DNA of 15,108 nucleotides. Origin: Octopus sinensis (lineage: Eukaryota). Shown here one piece after another: positions 1-10,975 of this stretch. The DNA lies in the NCBI RefSeq assembly GCF_006345805.1, contig NW_021825484.1:1-15108 (forward strand). The letters run 5' to 3'. Position 1 is the stretch's first letter; the number at the start of each line of letters is the position of its first letter. The notes under the pieces are model-generated. The model was not told where the DNA came from, did not search any database, and saw only the letters and a list, made by a program, of their open reading frames with translations. The position numbers were made by a program, and so were the translations under genes.

Positions 1-102
1 ACTTTACCTTTCATCCTTTTGGGGTCGATAAATTAAGTACCAGTTGCATACTGGGGTCGATCTAATAGACTGGCCCGTTCCTCCTTGTGCCTAGAGTAGA
101 AA
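1..102 (+). mobile_element. SINE family A, 3' part (cut by window edge)
   Basis: ctttcatccttttggggtcgataaattaagtaccagttgcatactggggtcgat matches the body of the copies at 4816-5886 and ends in the cttgtgcct..agtagaaa tail. Confidence 0.85.
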
Positions 103-172
103 ATAATTTTTTTGCCAATAAAAAGACACATTCTAACCTAGATCCAAGCCTTCTTCATTGGAATTTCAACAT

Positions 173-314
173 GTATGTATGTATGCATGTACCCATGTAT
201 GTATGTATGTACTATGTATGTATATATATATGAGGGAAGTAGTAATATTTCAGAAGAGCATTCTGCTTACTTTTTTTAACGTGGGACATGTTGTACGAAA
301 GGAACCATACATAC

Positions 315-347
<33 letters not shown>

Positions 348-348
348 G

Positions 349-380
<32 letters not shown>

Positions 381-392
381 TATATATATATA
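173..392. repeat. (TATG)n, (CATA)n and (TA)n microsatellites
   Basis: Directly visible. Confidence 0.95.
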
Positions 393-454
393 ATCCGCAT
401 CAGCCAAATTAGAAAAGAATAAGTTTTGCTAATGAAGAGAAAAATTCTGTGTAG

Positions 455-630
455 GGCTAAGTCGGTTTCATTGACCCCTGTACTCAACTTGTGCTTATTT
501 TATCGGCCTTGAAGGGGATAAAAGGTAAAGTTGAACTCAGCGGCATTTGAACTCAGGACGTAAAAACGGACGGAAATGCCCGTAAGCAATTTTACTCGGA
601 GTACTAACAATTCTGCCAGCTCGCCACCTT
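455..630 (-). mobile_element. SINE family A, diverged copy
   Basis: Reverse complement reads aaggtggcgagctggcagaattgttag...gagttcaaatgccgctgag...gataaaataagcacaag...ggggtcaatgaaaccgactt, collinear with 4816-5036. Confidence 0.85.
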
Positions 631-1168
631 GCGGGAATAATAGATATTAATAAGACAGAGAGCGGCTAACTGCATACACAATTATGGTGAAGGTAAGGTA
701 TAAGTTCATTTTTGGTGCTCAAATGCGTTTCTTTGCTATCCAGGTTCGATTTACGTCGAGAACGGCCTTACCACTTTAATTCTTACATTGAGTCAAAAGG
801 AAGCAAAGAAATTACTAGTCGAGATTGCATTCGATATAATCATGTCTGGCTTTATATTTTAGTTAAAAATCAATACGTGCAACAATATTTATACTATTTA
901 TGCTAGGTTTTTAAAATATTCAAGAAAATCAAAAATCAAGTATTAAGGAAATATGAAATAATATGACGTGGAGAGAAAAAATAAATGAAGACTTAAAAGA
1001 GAAAAGGGATTAATTCTAGCGGTTTATGCTATTTCTTTGTAGAGGATATTTTCAATGTTTAATTCTTAATACGGGAGGCGGAAGCTACGTGGCATAAAAG
1101 TATTTATTGAAGTCAGCCTTCTGAGAATACGACCCAAGTTAATATACGTTCAAAATACAATAATAATG

Positions 1169-1233
1169 CTAACAAAAAATAATGATCAGAATAATAATGA
1201 TAATAATTGTAATAAATAATAAATAACAACAAC

Positions 1234-1297
<64 letters not shown>

Positions 1298-1342
1298 GTA
1301 ATAAAAATAGTAATAATAGTAATAATTATAATGATGATAATG

Positions 1343-1397
<55 letters not shown>

Positions 1398-1446
1398 TAA
1401 TAATAATAATGATAATGATGATAATAATGATAATGATGATAATATA

Positions 1447-1497
<51 letters not shown>

Positions 1498-1498
1498 C
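1169..1498. repeat. (AAT)n/(GAT)n microsatellite, ~330 bp
   Basis: Directly visible. Confidence 0.97.
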
Positions 1499-1606
1499 AT
1501 TACAGCAAAGTATCATCAAAAAGGGATTCAGACTCGACAAAGAATGCAAACGTAATACAATGCTTGGATTGTAATTTCCAAGAAAATATAACTAAATATA
1601 AGTCTA

Positions 1607-2117
1607 TACACACACACACGCACACACGCATACACACACACAAACACACATACACACATACACACACACACACAAACACATGTATATATAAATATATTTA
1701 TATATACACACACATTTATATCTATGTATGTATGTCTGTGTGTGTGTGTAATATTCTAAACCTGACTAGAAAAGCTGCTAAAGGTAAAGAGGAAAAAACG
1801 AAAAGAAGAAGAAGAACAACAACAACAACAAGGAGAACAAGAAGAAGAATGAGGAAAAGAAGAAAGAAAGAGAAAAAAGATGGAGGAGGAGAATGAATTA
1901 AAAGAAGGTAAGAGGGGGGAGGAGGAGAATGTGAAGGAAAGGACGAAAGGGGAGGAGGGGAGAAGGAGGAGTAACAGGGCAATGAAAAGAAGGAGGAGAG
2001 AGAAGAGGTTCGGGAAGAGGAAACAAAGCGGGAGAATGAGGAAATGGAGGAGGAATAGGATAATAATGATGATAATAATAATAATGATATTAATGATGAT
2101 AATAATAATAATAATAA

Positions 2118-2148
<31 letters not shown>

Positions 2149-2270
2149 AAGGAGAATGAGAAGAAGAAGGAGAAGATGAGAAGAAGAAGAAGATGAGAAG
2201 AGAAGAAAAAGGAAGAAGAGAAGATGATGATGATGATGATGAATGATGATGATGATGATGATGAAGGAGA
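1607..2270. repeat. (CA)n/(TA)n followed by purine-rich (GAA/GGA/AAT/GAT)n low-complexity DNA
   Basis: Directly visible. Confidence 0.93.
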
Positions 2271-2384
2271 AGAAATCATCAACAGCAGCAACAACACTAG
2301 CAACACTGAGTATAAACAAGAGAATCGCAGCTGGATTAAAGCTCGTCACATCATTCATGGTGTCCAGAATCGAATTTATATTCA

Positions 2385-2850
2385 AAAACCAAACAAAAAC
2401 AATCAAACAATCAAACAATCAAACAAACAAACAAACAAACAAACAAACAATCAAACAAACAAACAAGCAAGCAAAGACCGTTAAAACTTTTAAAAAAAAA
2501 AAAAACCCAGATCTTTTTTTCTCATTTCTGCCTTGTATTTTATTGTTGGTATTATTATAACCGCGTTCGAGCTAATGCTGTTGTTGTTGTTGGTGGTTGG
2601 TGTTGTTGTTGTTACTGTTGCTTATAGGAGCGATTGTTGTGATGTTTCGTGGGAACGATGGGGAATGCTTGTGAGGATGGCTGTGTGTGTTGCTATTTGT
2701 TTTGGACTGATTTTTTTAGTTTTTTTCATTAATGTATCAATGTGTTTGTTTTGTTTTGTTGTAGTTACCATTCTTCTTCTTATTATTATTATTGTTGCTC
2801 TTGTTGTTGTTGTTGTTGCTGTTGTTGTTGACTATTATTATTTTTTTTTT
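2385..2850. repeat. (CAAA)n, poly-A/T, (GTT)n and (TTA)n low-complexity DNA
   Basis: Directly visible. Confidence 0.9.
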
Positions 2851-2958
2851 TTGTAGTTGACGCCAATCTTTTCATATTCTGCTCTGACTTCCGCTTCAAT
2901 GGTGTTCCTTTGAAATGATTTGAATAATAGATATGTCAAAACAGTTGTAACCTCGAAA

Positions 2959-3290
<332 letters not shown>

Positions 3291-3371
3291 ATGGAACGGA
3301 AGGAGTGTGCTCATGATGGGGATGAAGTCGGTGAAGTTGCTGATAGTAGGTCTCGGTAATGATGATATTGA

Positions 3372-3424
<53 letters not shown>

Positions 3425-3610
3425 ATCATCCTTTCTTCTATAGGCACAAGACATGAAATTTTAGGGGAGGTGTAATCGATTTCATTGACCCCAGTGCACG
3501 ACTGGTACTTATCTCACCGGACTTGTAAGTCAACCTTGGCGGAATCTGAACTCAAAGCATGGAGATCAGGAGGGGATACCATGAAGGAATTCAGCCCGAT
3601 GCACTAACGA
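3372..3610 (-). mobile_element. SINE family A, decayed copy with (ACT)n tail
   Basis: Reverse complement contains ataagtaccagtcgtgcactggggtcaatgaaatcgat...cttgtgcctatagaagaaaggat, running into the (TAG)n array at ~3372-3423. Confidence 0.75.
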
Positions 3611-3654
3611 CAAAGTTAGAAGCATCAAGTCACAACCTTTCATAATAATAATTA

Positions 3655-3716
<62 letters not shown>

Positions 3717-3724
3717 TAATAAAT

Positions 3725-3920
3725 GCCCTGATGCAGTGCCAGGCAGTGGCTCTCGTGGCTTCTCATCTTAACTGATTGTACATTGTTTTGTCTTGGTATA
3801 AATGATAGGCAACAGCAAATATTCTGCTCAATACCACAGATCTACTTGTCAGTTGTTTGACCATAACCAGTTGAGCATGTCCCTTAGTGGCTGACGATAT
3901 GTGCATCTCTGATCATGAGC
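3725..3920. mobile_element. Element B, truncated copy in the opposite orientation
   Basis: gccctgatgcag...catctctgatca abuts (AAT)n at ~3643-3722, has a 14-bp internal deletion relative to the 6411-6966 copy and stops at a (GATA)n array. Confidence 0.85.
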
Positions 3921-3924
3921 CGAT

Positions 3925-3925
3925 T

Positions 3926-3984
<59 letters not shown>

Positions 3985-4072
3985 GCATACATACATACAT
4001 GCATACATACATACATACATACATACATACATGCATACATACATACATACATACATACATGCATACGTACAT
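3925..4072. repeat. (GATA)n followed by (CATA)n
   Basis: Directly visible. Confidence 0.96.
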
Positions 4073-4815
4073 AGTATATGCACTTGAAATATTGTGGCAA
4101 TTTATTAAGCGTGCCTTACTCGGAATACTGAGTACCTTATGGAGTACCTAAGTACTTCTACAAATAACTTAGGCTCAAGTAGACTTCTGTTTGTAGTAGG
4201 TGTAAAAAACCAGCAACACAATCACCAGCAGCAGTAGCAGCAGCAGCAGCACCAACAACAACAACAGCAACACCACTACCACTACTACTGTCTTTGCTGC
4301 TGTCGCTACTTTCGCTTTTGCTTCTCCAGCTGTTTTTGTTTTCGGTGTTACATATTCCTAATTATTCATGTATGTATGTATGTCCGTGTGAGAATATTTG
4401 TTATTTATAATAATGAAGTTCTCGTTAATAGATTAAGAGGAATAAACGTTAATTCAAATTTACATTCTTATACAAATAAATTCCTATGATAAATCCACCT
4501 TATTATGTTCACAAAATTGAATGCTAATCTGATTTAATGCAAAGATTGTATTCCTACATGCAACGCTATTAACGATGCATGCGTGAGAAGCAATACCAAT
4601 GTTTGCAGTTCTTAATAGGAAAGGAATTATGTCTTTATATTTTCAATTAATTTTCTGGTGACTGACTTCTTCTTGTGATTATGTTTTTACTTTAATGCTA
4701 ATAATTATACATCGATGATTTGCGGCGACTTCATCGTTGTTTAACACCAGTCAGCTCAACACAAGCAGATCCAAGTAAACGATGTTATAGTGTTATCTTA
4801 TTATTGTTAAGGCCG

Positions 4816-5036
4816 AAGGCGGTGAGCTGGCAGAAACGTTAGCACGCCGGGCGAAATGCTTAGCGGTATTTCGTCTGCCGTTACATTGTGAGTTCAAATT
4901 CCGCCGAGGTCGACTTTGCCTTTCATCCTTTCGGGGTCGATAAATTAAGTACCATTTACGCAATGGGGTCGATGTAATCGACTTAATCTGTGGCTCAAGT
5001 TTCAGGCGTTGTGCTTATAGCAGAAAGGATTGTTAT
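4816..5036 (+). mobile_element. SINE family A, near full length (tRNA-like Pol III head)
   Basis: Head ggcggtgagctggcagaaacgttagc, B-box-like gagttcaaattcc, conserved body and gaaaggatt tail; multiple copies in the window. Confidence 0.9.
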
Positions 5037-5040
5037 ACTG

Positions 5041-5205
5041 GCATCCGGGTGGTAGAATTGTTATCACGCCGGACAAAGATATTTACAGATCTTTATGCTA
5101 TGTGTTCAAATTCCGCTGAGGTTTACTTTGCGTTTCCTTGTTATTTAGATAAAATATATTTTAAGTTGACCACTAAGCATGATCGACTAGCCACAACGAG
5201 AAAGA

Positions 5206-5253
<48 letters not shown>
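5041..5253 (+). mobile_element. SINE family A, heavily decayed copy plus (ATT)16 tail
   Basis: ggtagaattgttatcacgccggac and tgttcaaattccgctgaggtttactttgc align with the family; (ATT)16 lies at 5206-5253. Confidence 0.65.
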
Positions 5254-5257
5254 GAAA

Positions 5258-5666
5258 AAGCGGCGAGCTGGCAGAAACGTTAGCACGCCGGGCGAAATGC
5301 GTAGCCGTATTTCGTCTGTCGTTACGTTTTGAGTTCAAATTCCGCAGAGGTCGACTTTGCCTTTCATCTTTTCGGGGTCGATAAATTAAGTACTAGTTAC
5401 ACACTGGGGTCGATGTAATCGACTTAATCCGTTTATCTGTCCTTGTTTGTCCTCTTTGTGTTTAGCCCCTTGTGGGTAGTAAAGAAATAGGTATTTCGTC
5501 TGTCTTTATGTTCTGAGTTCAAATTCCGCCGAGGTCGACTTTTCCTTTCTTCATTTCGGAGACGATAAATTAAGTACCAGTGAAACACTGGGATCGATGT
5601 AATCGACTAGTCCCCTCCCAGCAAATTTCAGGTCTTGTTCCTATATTAGAAAACATTATTATTATT
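5258..5666 (+). mobile_element. SINE family A, composite copy (head + body/tail 1 + body/tail 2)
   Basis: gtatttcgtctgtc occurs at 5307 and again at 5491; the body is repeated with two different 3' tails and ends in attattattatt. Confidence 0.85.
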
Positions 5667-5886
5667 AAGGTAGCGAGCTGGAAGAATCGTTAGCGCGTCG
5701 GACGAAATGCTTATCTGTATTTCGTCTGCCGCCAAGTTTTGAGTTCAAATTCCGCCGAAGTCGACTTTGTCATTCATCTTTTCGTGATCGATGAAATAAG
5801 TACCAGTTACGCACTGGGCTCGATGTAATCGATTACCCCCCCCCTTCCCACCAACATTTTCAAGGCTTTGTGCCAAGATAAGAAAT
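5667..5886 (+). mobile_element. SINE family A copy
   Basis: aaggtagcgagctggaagaatcgttagc...gagttcaaattccgccgaagtcgactttg...taagtaccagttacgcactggg. Confidence 0.88.
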
Positions 5887-6283
5887 AATCTAGGCGCAAT
5901 GTATTTAGGACTACGTCTAGCCTTCCAAAGAGTCGTTCCTTTTTCTTTTCGACATGAGCATGTGATTTGAGAATGATTCTGTAGCTAATTTTAGCCGGTC
6001 AATAGATCTTGCAGACGCTTCCTCGTTGACTGGTAAAACTGTGTTGCGTCAGAAAGCAAGTTTCATCAAATTGTATGTTGAGATGCTCAAAGTCTCACCT
6101 GTTACTAAGGCACTTAGATTACAGCAATATCACACGTGAAGATTTTGAATCAAACTTTAGGAAAGACTACAAATGAATGGAGGAGCCATTTCTCCGTCGT
6201 AGCATCCATTTCATACGATTCTCATTGCACAGAAAATTTAGCTGAATCAATACAGGTTCGTTGTATTTATTTGAGGTACAAAT

Positions 6284-6366
6284 TCATCATCATCATCATC
6301 ATCATCATCAACATCATAATCACTATCATCATCATCATCATCTCCTTCTTCTTCTTCTTCTTCTTC

Positions 6367-6410
<44 letters not shown>
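6284..6410. repeat. Compound (CAT)n-(TTC)n-(TTA)n
   Basis: Directly visible. Confidence 0.95.
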
Positions 6411-6965
6411 GAGTGAGAGAGCAGTTCATGCCATCAAAGTGACACTGGGGTAAAATATACGAAGCCCAATATACCCATCATGACTACCCGTCTGATAAAG
6501 GTACACCAGGCACATGCATCACAACCATATGTGCGCGACATGGTGATCTCATATCAAGATAAACAGCACATGACCTTGCAGGTGGGGCCCAGTTAGAATT
6601 TTCTTCAGGTTGAGTAGCCCATCCCGCTCAAACGGTCCCTGAATAAGGGTTGTTTAAGGATGTTGAAAGAACCACCCATGTTTCCAGAGGTGAACTATTC
6701 AAACCCCAAAAGAAATCCCTCTCAACACATGGCTATGATGCTCCCCCACTACTTCTGCCAGTGATCAGAGATGTACATATCGTCAGCCACTAAGGGACAT
6801 GCTCAACTGGTTAAGGTCAAACAACTGACAAGCAAATCTGTGGTATTGAGCAGAATATTTGCTGTAGCCCATCTTGTATACCAAGACAAAACAATGTACA
6901 TGATAACACTTCCAATCAGTTAAGATCAGAAGCCATGAGAGCCACTGCCTGGTACTGCATCAGGG

Positions 6966-6966
<1 letters not shown>
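6411..6966. mobile_element. Unclassified non-coding interspersed element B, flanked by (ATT)n on both sides
   Basis: 6760-6966 matches the reverse complement of 3725-3920 (about 93% by manual alignment). No ORF, TIR or tRNA head found; sense strand is uncertain. Confidence 0.8.

Positions 6967-7056
<90 letters not shown>
6967..7056. repeat. Perfect (ATT)30
   Basis: 90 bp of uninterrupted ATT. Confidence 0.97.
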
Positions 7057-7057
<1 letters not shown>

Positions 7058-7340
7058 TATGTTTGACTTTTGCTTTATGTTTGTACAAGTTGGCTCCAAG
7101 TCTCACCCAGAGACCTCAAGAGACAACAGGCTGAAAGTTTACGTTGTTGATATGTCTAGTGTGCCATATATTTATTTGGGTTTTTTTTTTTGGTGTTGTA
7201 CTAGTGAATGTCTAATAAATAAATTTTTTAAAAAAGTTTGTTTTAAAACTTGAGATTACATAGAGAGTATTTTGCGTAGGATATGAGCAGTTCCCATGAG
7301 CACTATCTTTTGAATTTCTGCCATTTTTGCCATTTGGGGG
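7057..7340 (-). mobile_element. R4/Dong-clade non-LTR retrotransposon, 5'-truncated 3' end (ORF C-terminus + 3' UTR)
   Basis: 7339->7256 translates PQMAKMAEIQKIVLMGTAHILRKILSM*, resembling the QKxVLxGTAHILRKxL C-terminus of REL-endonuclease R4-clade ORFs; (TAA)n flanks both ends on the sense strand. Confidence 0.8.
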
Positions 7341-7439
7341 TTATTATTATTATTATTATTATTATATATAAAGGACATGATTTGATCGGGAATCAAATTT
7401 CGGTGCAAAGAATTGATGCATGTTAGATATAGGGTTAGA

Positions 7440-7828
7440 CAAGCGTAGTTGTGTAGTTAAGAAGCTCGCCTTGCAATCACGTGTTCTTGTGATCAATTCA
7501 ACCGCACGGCACCATGCGCATGTTTCTTGTACTGTAACACTGGGTAGACCAACGCCTTGTGAGTAAATGTGATAGTTGGGAACTTTGTGGAAGATTACCT
7601 AAATATATGTGTGTGTGAGAGAGAGAGAATGTGTGTGTGTGTGTGTGTTTTTTCCGCAACCGCAGCTCCACGACCGGTGTTGGTTGCTTGCTTACGCCCC
7701 CGCCCCAAACTTAGCGATTTGTTCAAAGGTAGTCGATAGAATGAGTAGCAGATCTTAAAATGTAAGTACTGATGCGGTACCCCAGCTTGGCCGCAGGCCA
7801 GTGACTGAAACAAGTAAAAGGTAAAAGA
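7440..7828 (+). mobile_element. Decayed tRNA-derived CORE-type SINE with internal microsatellite
   Basis: Degenerate head (gtgtagttaagaagctcgc...), ggcaccatgcgcatgtttcttgtact resembling the CORE domain, internal (TG)/(GA) tract, and terminal gactgaaacaagtaaaaggtaaaaga. Family recognised from memory of octopus repeats. Confidence 0.65.
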
Positions 7829-8434
7829 TGCGGCTATAAAATGGCGATAGACATCTTTACACGGTGAATATCAACGACTACGCTTTCATAATAACCATCC
7901 GCTATTTTTATGGTTTCAAGGCTAAAGGTAATTCTGAATTAAACCAGGTAATTTGCGAGACAATTGATTTTAAATTCTTGAGATCGATTTTGATAAATAA
8001 TCGTTTTATTTTGAAGGTTGATGCTAATTACAAGTTAAAGTAGATAATTTGCCAGACAATTGATTATTAGTTGTGCGGATCGAATTTAAATCCTGATTGT
8101 CGTCTCTTCAATAATTGAATTTGTATGAACTGAATGCATAATTACAGACTGAATCTCGAATTGGATCGAACAGGAATTGGCGAAAAATATCTTCTTCCTT
8201 CTTACCCAATGGAGAGGAAGCTAGACTATATCGAGGAATACAGCTGGAACAAAAAATCAATTATAGAAGTTTGGGTTACTGCCACTTATAATCAGCGAGA
8301 CGTAATTAGAGTTTAATTCCAGTCATTTCAAAGGATTTACTTTTCCATTTAAATTTCAGTTTCATGTTCTTCAAAGTTTTTATATTTTACTATATCAAAA
8401 ATTTAACCATAAGACTTATTACATGCGCACTATT

Positions 8435-8817
8435 GGAAGCACTCCGTCGGTTGCGACGATGAGGGTTCCGGTTGATCCGAATCAACGGAACAGCCTGCTC
8501 GTGAAATTAACGTGTAAGTGGCTGAGCACTCCACAGACACGTGTACCCATAACGTAGTTCTCGGGGATATTCAGCGTGACACAGAGAGTGACAAGGCCGG
8601 CCCCTTGAAATACAGGTACAACAGAAACAGGAAGTAAGAGTGAGAGAAAGTTGTGGTGAAAGAGTACAGCAGGGATCACCACCACCCCCTGCCGGAGACT
8701 CGTGGAACTTTTAGGTGTTTTCGCTCAATAAACACTCACAACGCCCGGTCTGGGAATCGAAACTGCGATCCTATGACCGCGAGTCCACTGCCCTAACCAC
8801 TGGGCCATTGCGCCTCC
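8435..8817 (-). mobile_element. tRNA-derived SINE family C, tail type 1, full length with 14-bp TSD
   Basis: Head ggaggcgcaatggcccagtggttagggcag with A/B boxes; perfect TSD acatgcgcactatt at 8421-8434 and 8818-8831. Confidence 0.92.
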
Positions 8818-9269
8818 ACATGCGCACTATTACACACTCATTCAGTCATGCAGACACGCAACTTTACTTATATAGTTGAGATTATAAATAAGAGAAAGCG
8901 AATAAATACGAAGCGACGTCTGAACTTTTCATACACAGACACACACATATATTACTTTGCTTTTAGTTATTTAAAATCTTTGAGGAAGGAGCTGGTTTCT
9001 AATATAGATACAAAACCTGTCGTTGGAATATAGATTACAAGAACAAATTTGGGAAACGTTTTGCATAGTTTTATAGTTCCACTTATAGACTGCATTCTTG
9101 GATTACAAATACACAGCCTTCGAAGTTATGTCAATATTACCATCTACTTCCAGGTTTCGGGAAGCATACCCTTTGCCATTGTCTCTTTTTGATATGCTGA
9201 GCGTTTCACATCTAGGTCTTCATTGAAATTTGTTAGCCCAGCCGACACGAAGGATTTTGTTCTCTCCAC

Positions 9270-9385
9270 TTTTCTTCTTTTCTTCTTCTTTTCTTCTCTT
9301 CTTCTTCTTCTTCTTCTTCTTCTTCTTCTTCTTCTTCTTCTTCTTCTTCTTTCTTCTTCTTCTCTTCTTCTTTCTTCTTCTTCTT
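9270..9385. repeat. (CTT)n microsatellite
   Basis: Directly visible. Confidence 0.95.
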
Positions 9386-9672
9386 CAATGAAGACTCACG
9401 CCATTAGCCACAAAGAATAATCTCAAATTCGAGCCTACTATAAGCTACTAAGAATGCGTGTGTAGCAACTTGAAGATCCACCCACTACATGCGATAGACA
9501 GGCGGTTGCACGGGCGCGAAAGCTACGTTCTTATCCTCATTCCGTAAACGGTGGAGAGCTGAACCATCCTGGGGTACAGAGGATTCGCAATCTATAGTAG
9601 AGTCTGAAAGATTATCACACCATAGTGGGTTACACCATGGTTCCTCTGCTTTGTGGCAAAAGTAGGAAGACA

Positions 9673-9812
9673 GAGTGAGAGAAAGTTGTGGTGAAAGGGT
9701 ACAGCGGAATAAAAGAAAGAATATCTGTCTGGTTTAGCATCTGCAACTCCCGCCGGAGCCTCGTGGAGCTTAGATGTTTTGCTTAATAAACACTCAAAAT
9801 GTCCGGTCTGGG
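9673..9812 (-). mobile_element. SINE family C, decayed body lacking the tRNA head
   Basis: gagtgagagaaagttgtggtgaaagggtacagc and gccggagcctcgtggagctt...aataaacactca...ccggtctggg match 8640-8753, with a ~40-nt replaced segment. Confidence 0.8.
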
Positions 9813-10034
9813 CATAATATTCTCGTGTCACTGTCTTTATCCACAGCATCTTGGTATGAGTTTTCTACAATGCATTAGTATTCGTATCATTCTTTGTGTG
9901 GATTTGGAGATATTAGAGATATTGTTAGATCGTTAATGTTCAGGTTTTGTGTGCAGGTGACTGATTTCCCACGTTCAGCAATCGAATACGAAAATTTGAC
10001 TAAATTATATTTGCTATGTCAGCTGAAAATGTTG

Positions 10035-10112
10035 TAATTAACTTCAGCTTTTTGAAATCAGAATGTCACAACAAGCATTTTGCCCGGCACGCTAACGATT
10101 CTGCCAGCTCAC
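10035..10112 (-). mobile_element. SINE family A, 5' head fragment
   Basis: Reverse complement gtgagctggcagaatcgttagcgtgccgggcaaaatgcttg matches the family head. Confidence 0.75.
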
Positions 10113-10319
10113 AAAGTTTACCTTTGAAATATCAGTAACATTGGGATCAATTATTCTGCTCTCAGTTCTAAGCGTGAGAATTGTTGTCTAGATATTTGTA
10201 CGCATAAAAGTATGTGTACATGTATATATGTGAGTGTATATGTAAGTATATATGTATACTGTGTCTATATATACATCTCTCTCTCTCTCTCTTTCTCTCA
10301 CTTCCTGTTTATATATATA

Positions 10320-10600
10320 TATATATATTATATAAAATCCGTTCTGTCAGTCTGTATATCTTCTAGGATCTCGAGCATCCTCCATCCGATTGCGCTCAAG
10401 TTTGATATGTAGATACCGACGGTATCAGGGCGTGTACAAGTCTAGAAAAAATGACAAAAATCGGTTCCAGGTGAGAATGAGATCGATAAAGCCGTGGGAA
10501 CGTCCATTTGTAAAATCGTTTTTCTTGGAATAGAAAAAAAGTATATCTTTATTTCTTCTTTTGCTGGAGTTTCAAATTTAGGTTAAATCAGTGTTTCTCA
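10320..10600 (+). mobile_element. Helitron/Helentron-like non-autonomous element, 5' portion
   Basis: tatatattatataaaa, then a ctgtcagtctgt short repeat, ccgattgcgctcaagtttgatatg, and hairpin gatacc-gac-ggtatc (10412-10426): the layout of invertebrate non-autonomous rolling-circle elements. No 3' end identified. Confidence 0.5.
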
Positions 10601-10975
10601 AAGGGGAGGCCTATGGGACGGTCGGACAAGTTGTTTTGAGAAAATTTGGTTGAAATGTTTGATAACACAGCACCGTTCATTGGACGGGGGACGTTTTGCT
10701 CGTGTATATATATGTATATATATCTGTAAATATAATATGAGACAATTATTCGGTAGCCATGATAAAACTCCGAGTTTCGGATGTCGGGGCGGAAACCCAC
10801 GCCGCCATCTCTTCAGTTATCCGGCCATCGAAAAAAAATGCTATGAAAATGACCGTTAAACAAAGGGAAATTACTGTGTGATTGACCGTTATTAAGACAA
10901 AAGAGCTATTAGAATGACCGCTAAGTGAGGGGCGGAGTAAAGGTAAGAGAGTAGAAATGTTCATAGTATTCGCGT

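Noticed and set aside
4816-5886. CRISPR-like or regularly spaced array
   Set aside because: The units are ~200-bp eukaryotic SINEs without short constant repeats and unique spacers.
5965-6140. 57-codon open frame (FENDSVANFSR...RLQQYHT*) and a strong minus-strand donor at 6094-6101
   Set aside because: No recognisable homology and no acceptor/donor pair giving an open exon.
7107-7130. 24-nt minus-strand exon candidate (tttcag|...|gtgaga)
   Set aside because: It lies inside the 3' UTR of the R4/Dong fragment, so the splice-like signals are probably incidental.
10590-10650. cagtgtttctcaaa resembling a hAT TIR, with partial inverted tttgagaaa
   Set aside because: Only 9 bp match, there is no 8-bp TSD, and no matching terminus was found elsewhere.
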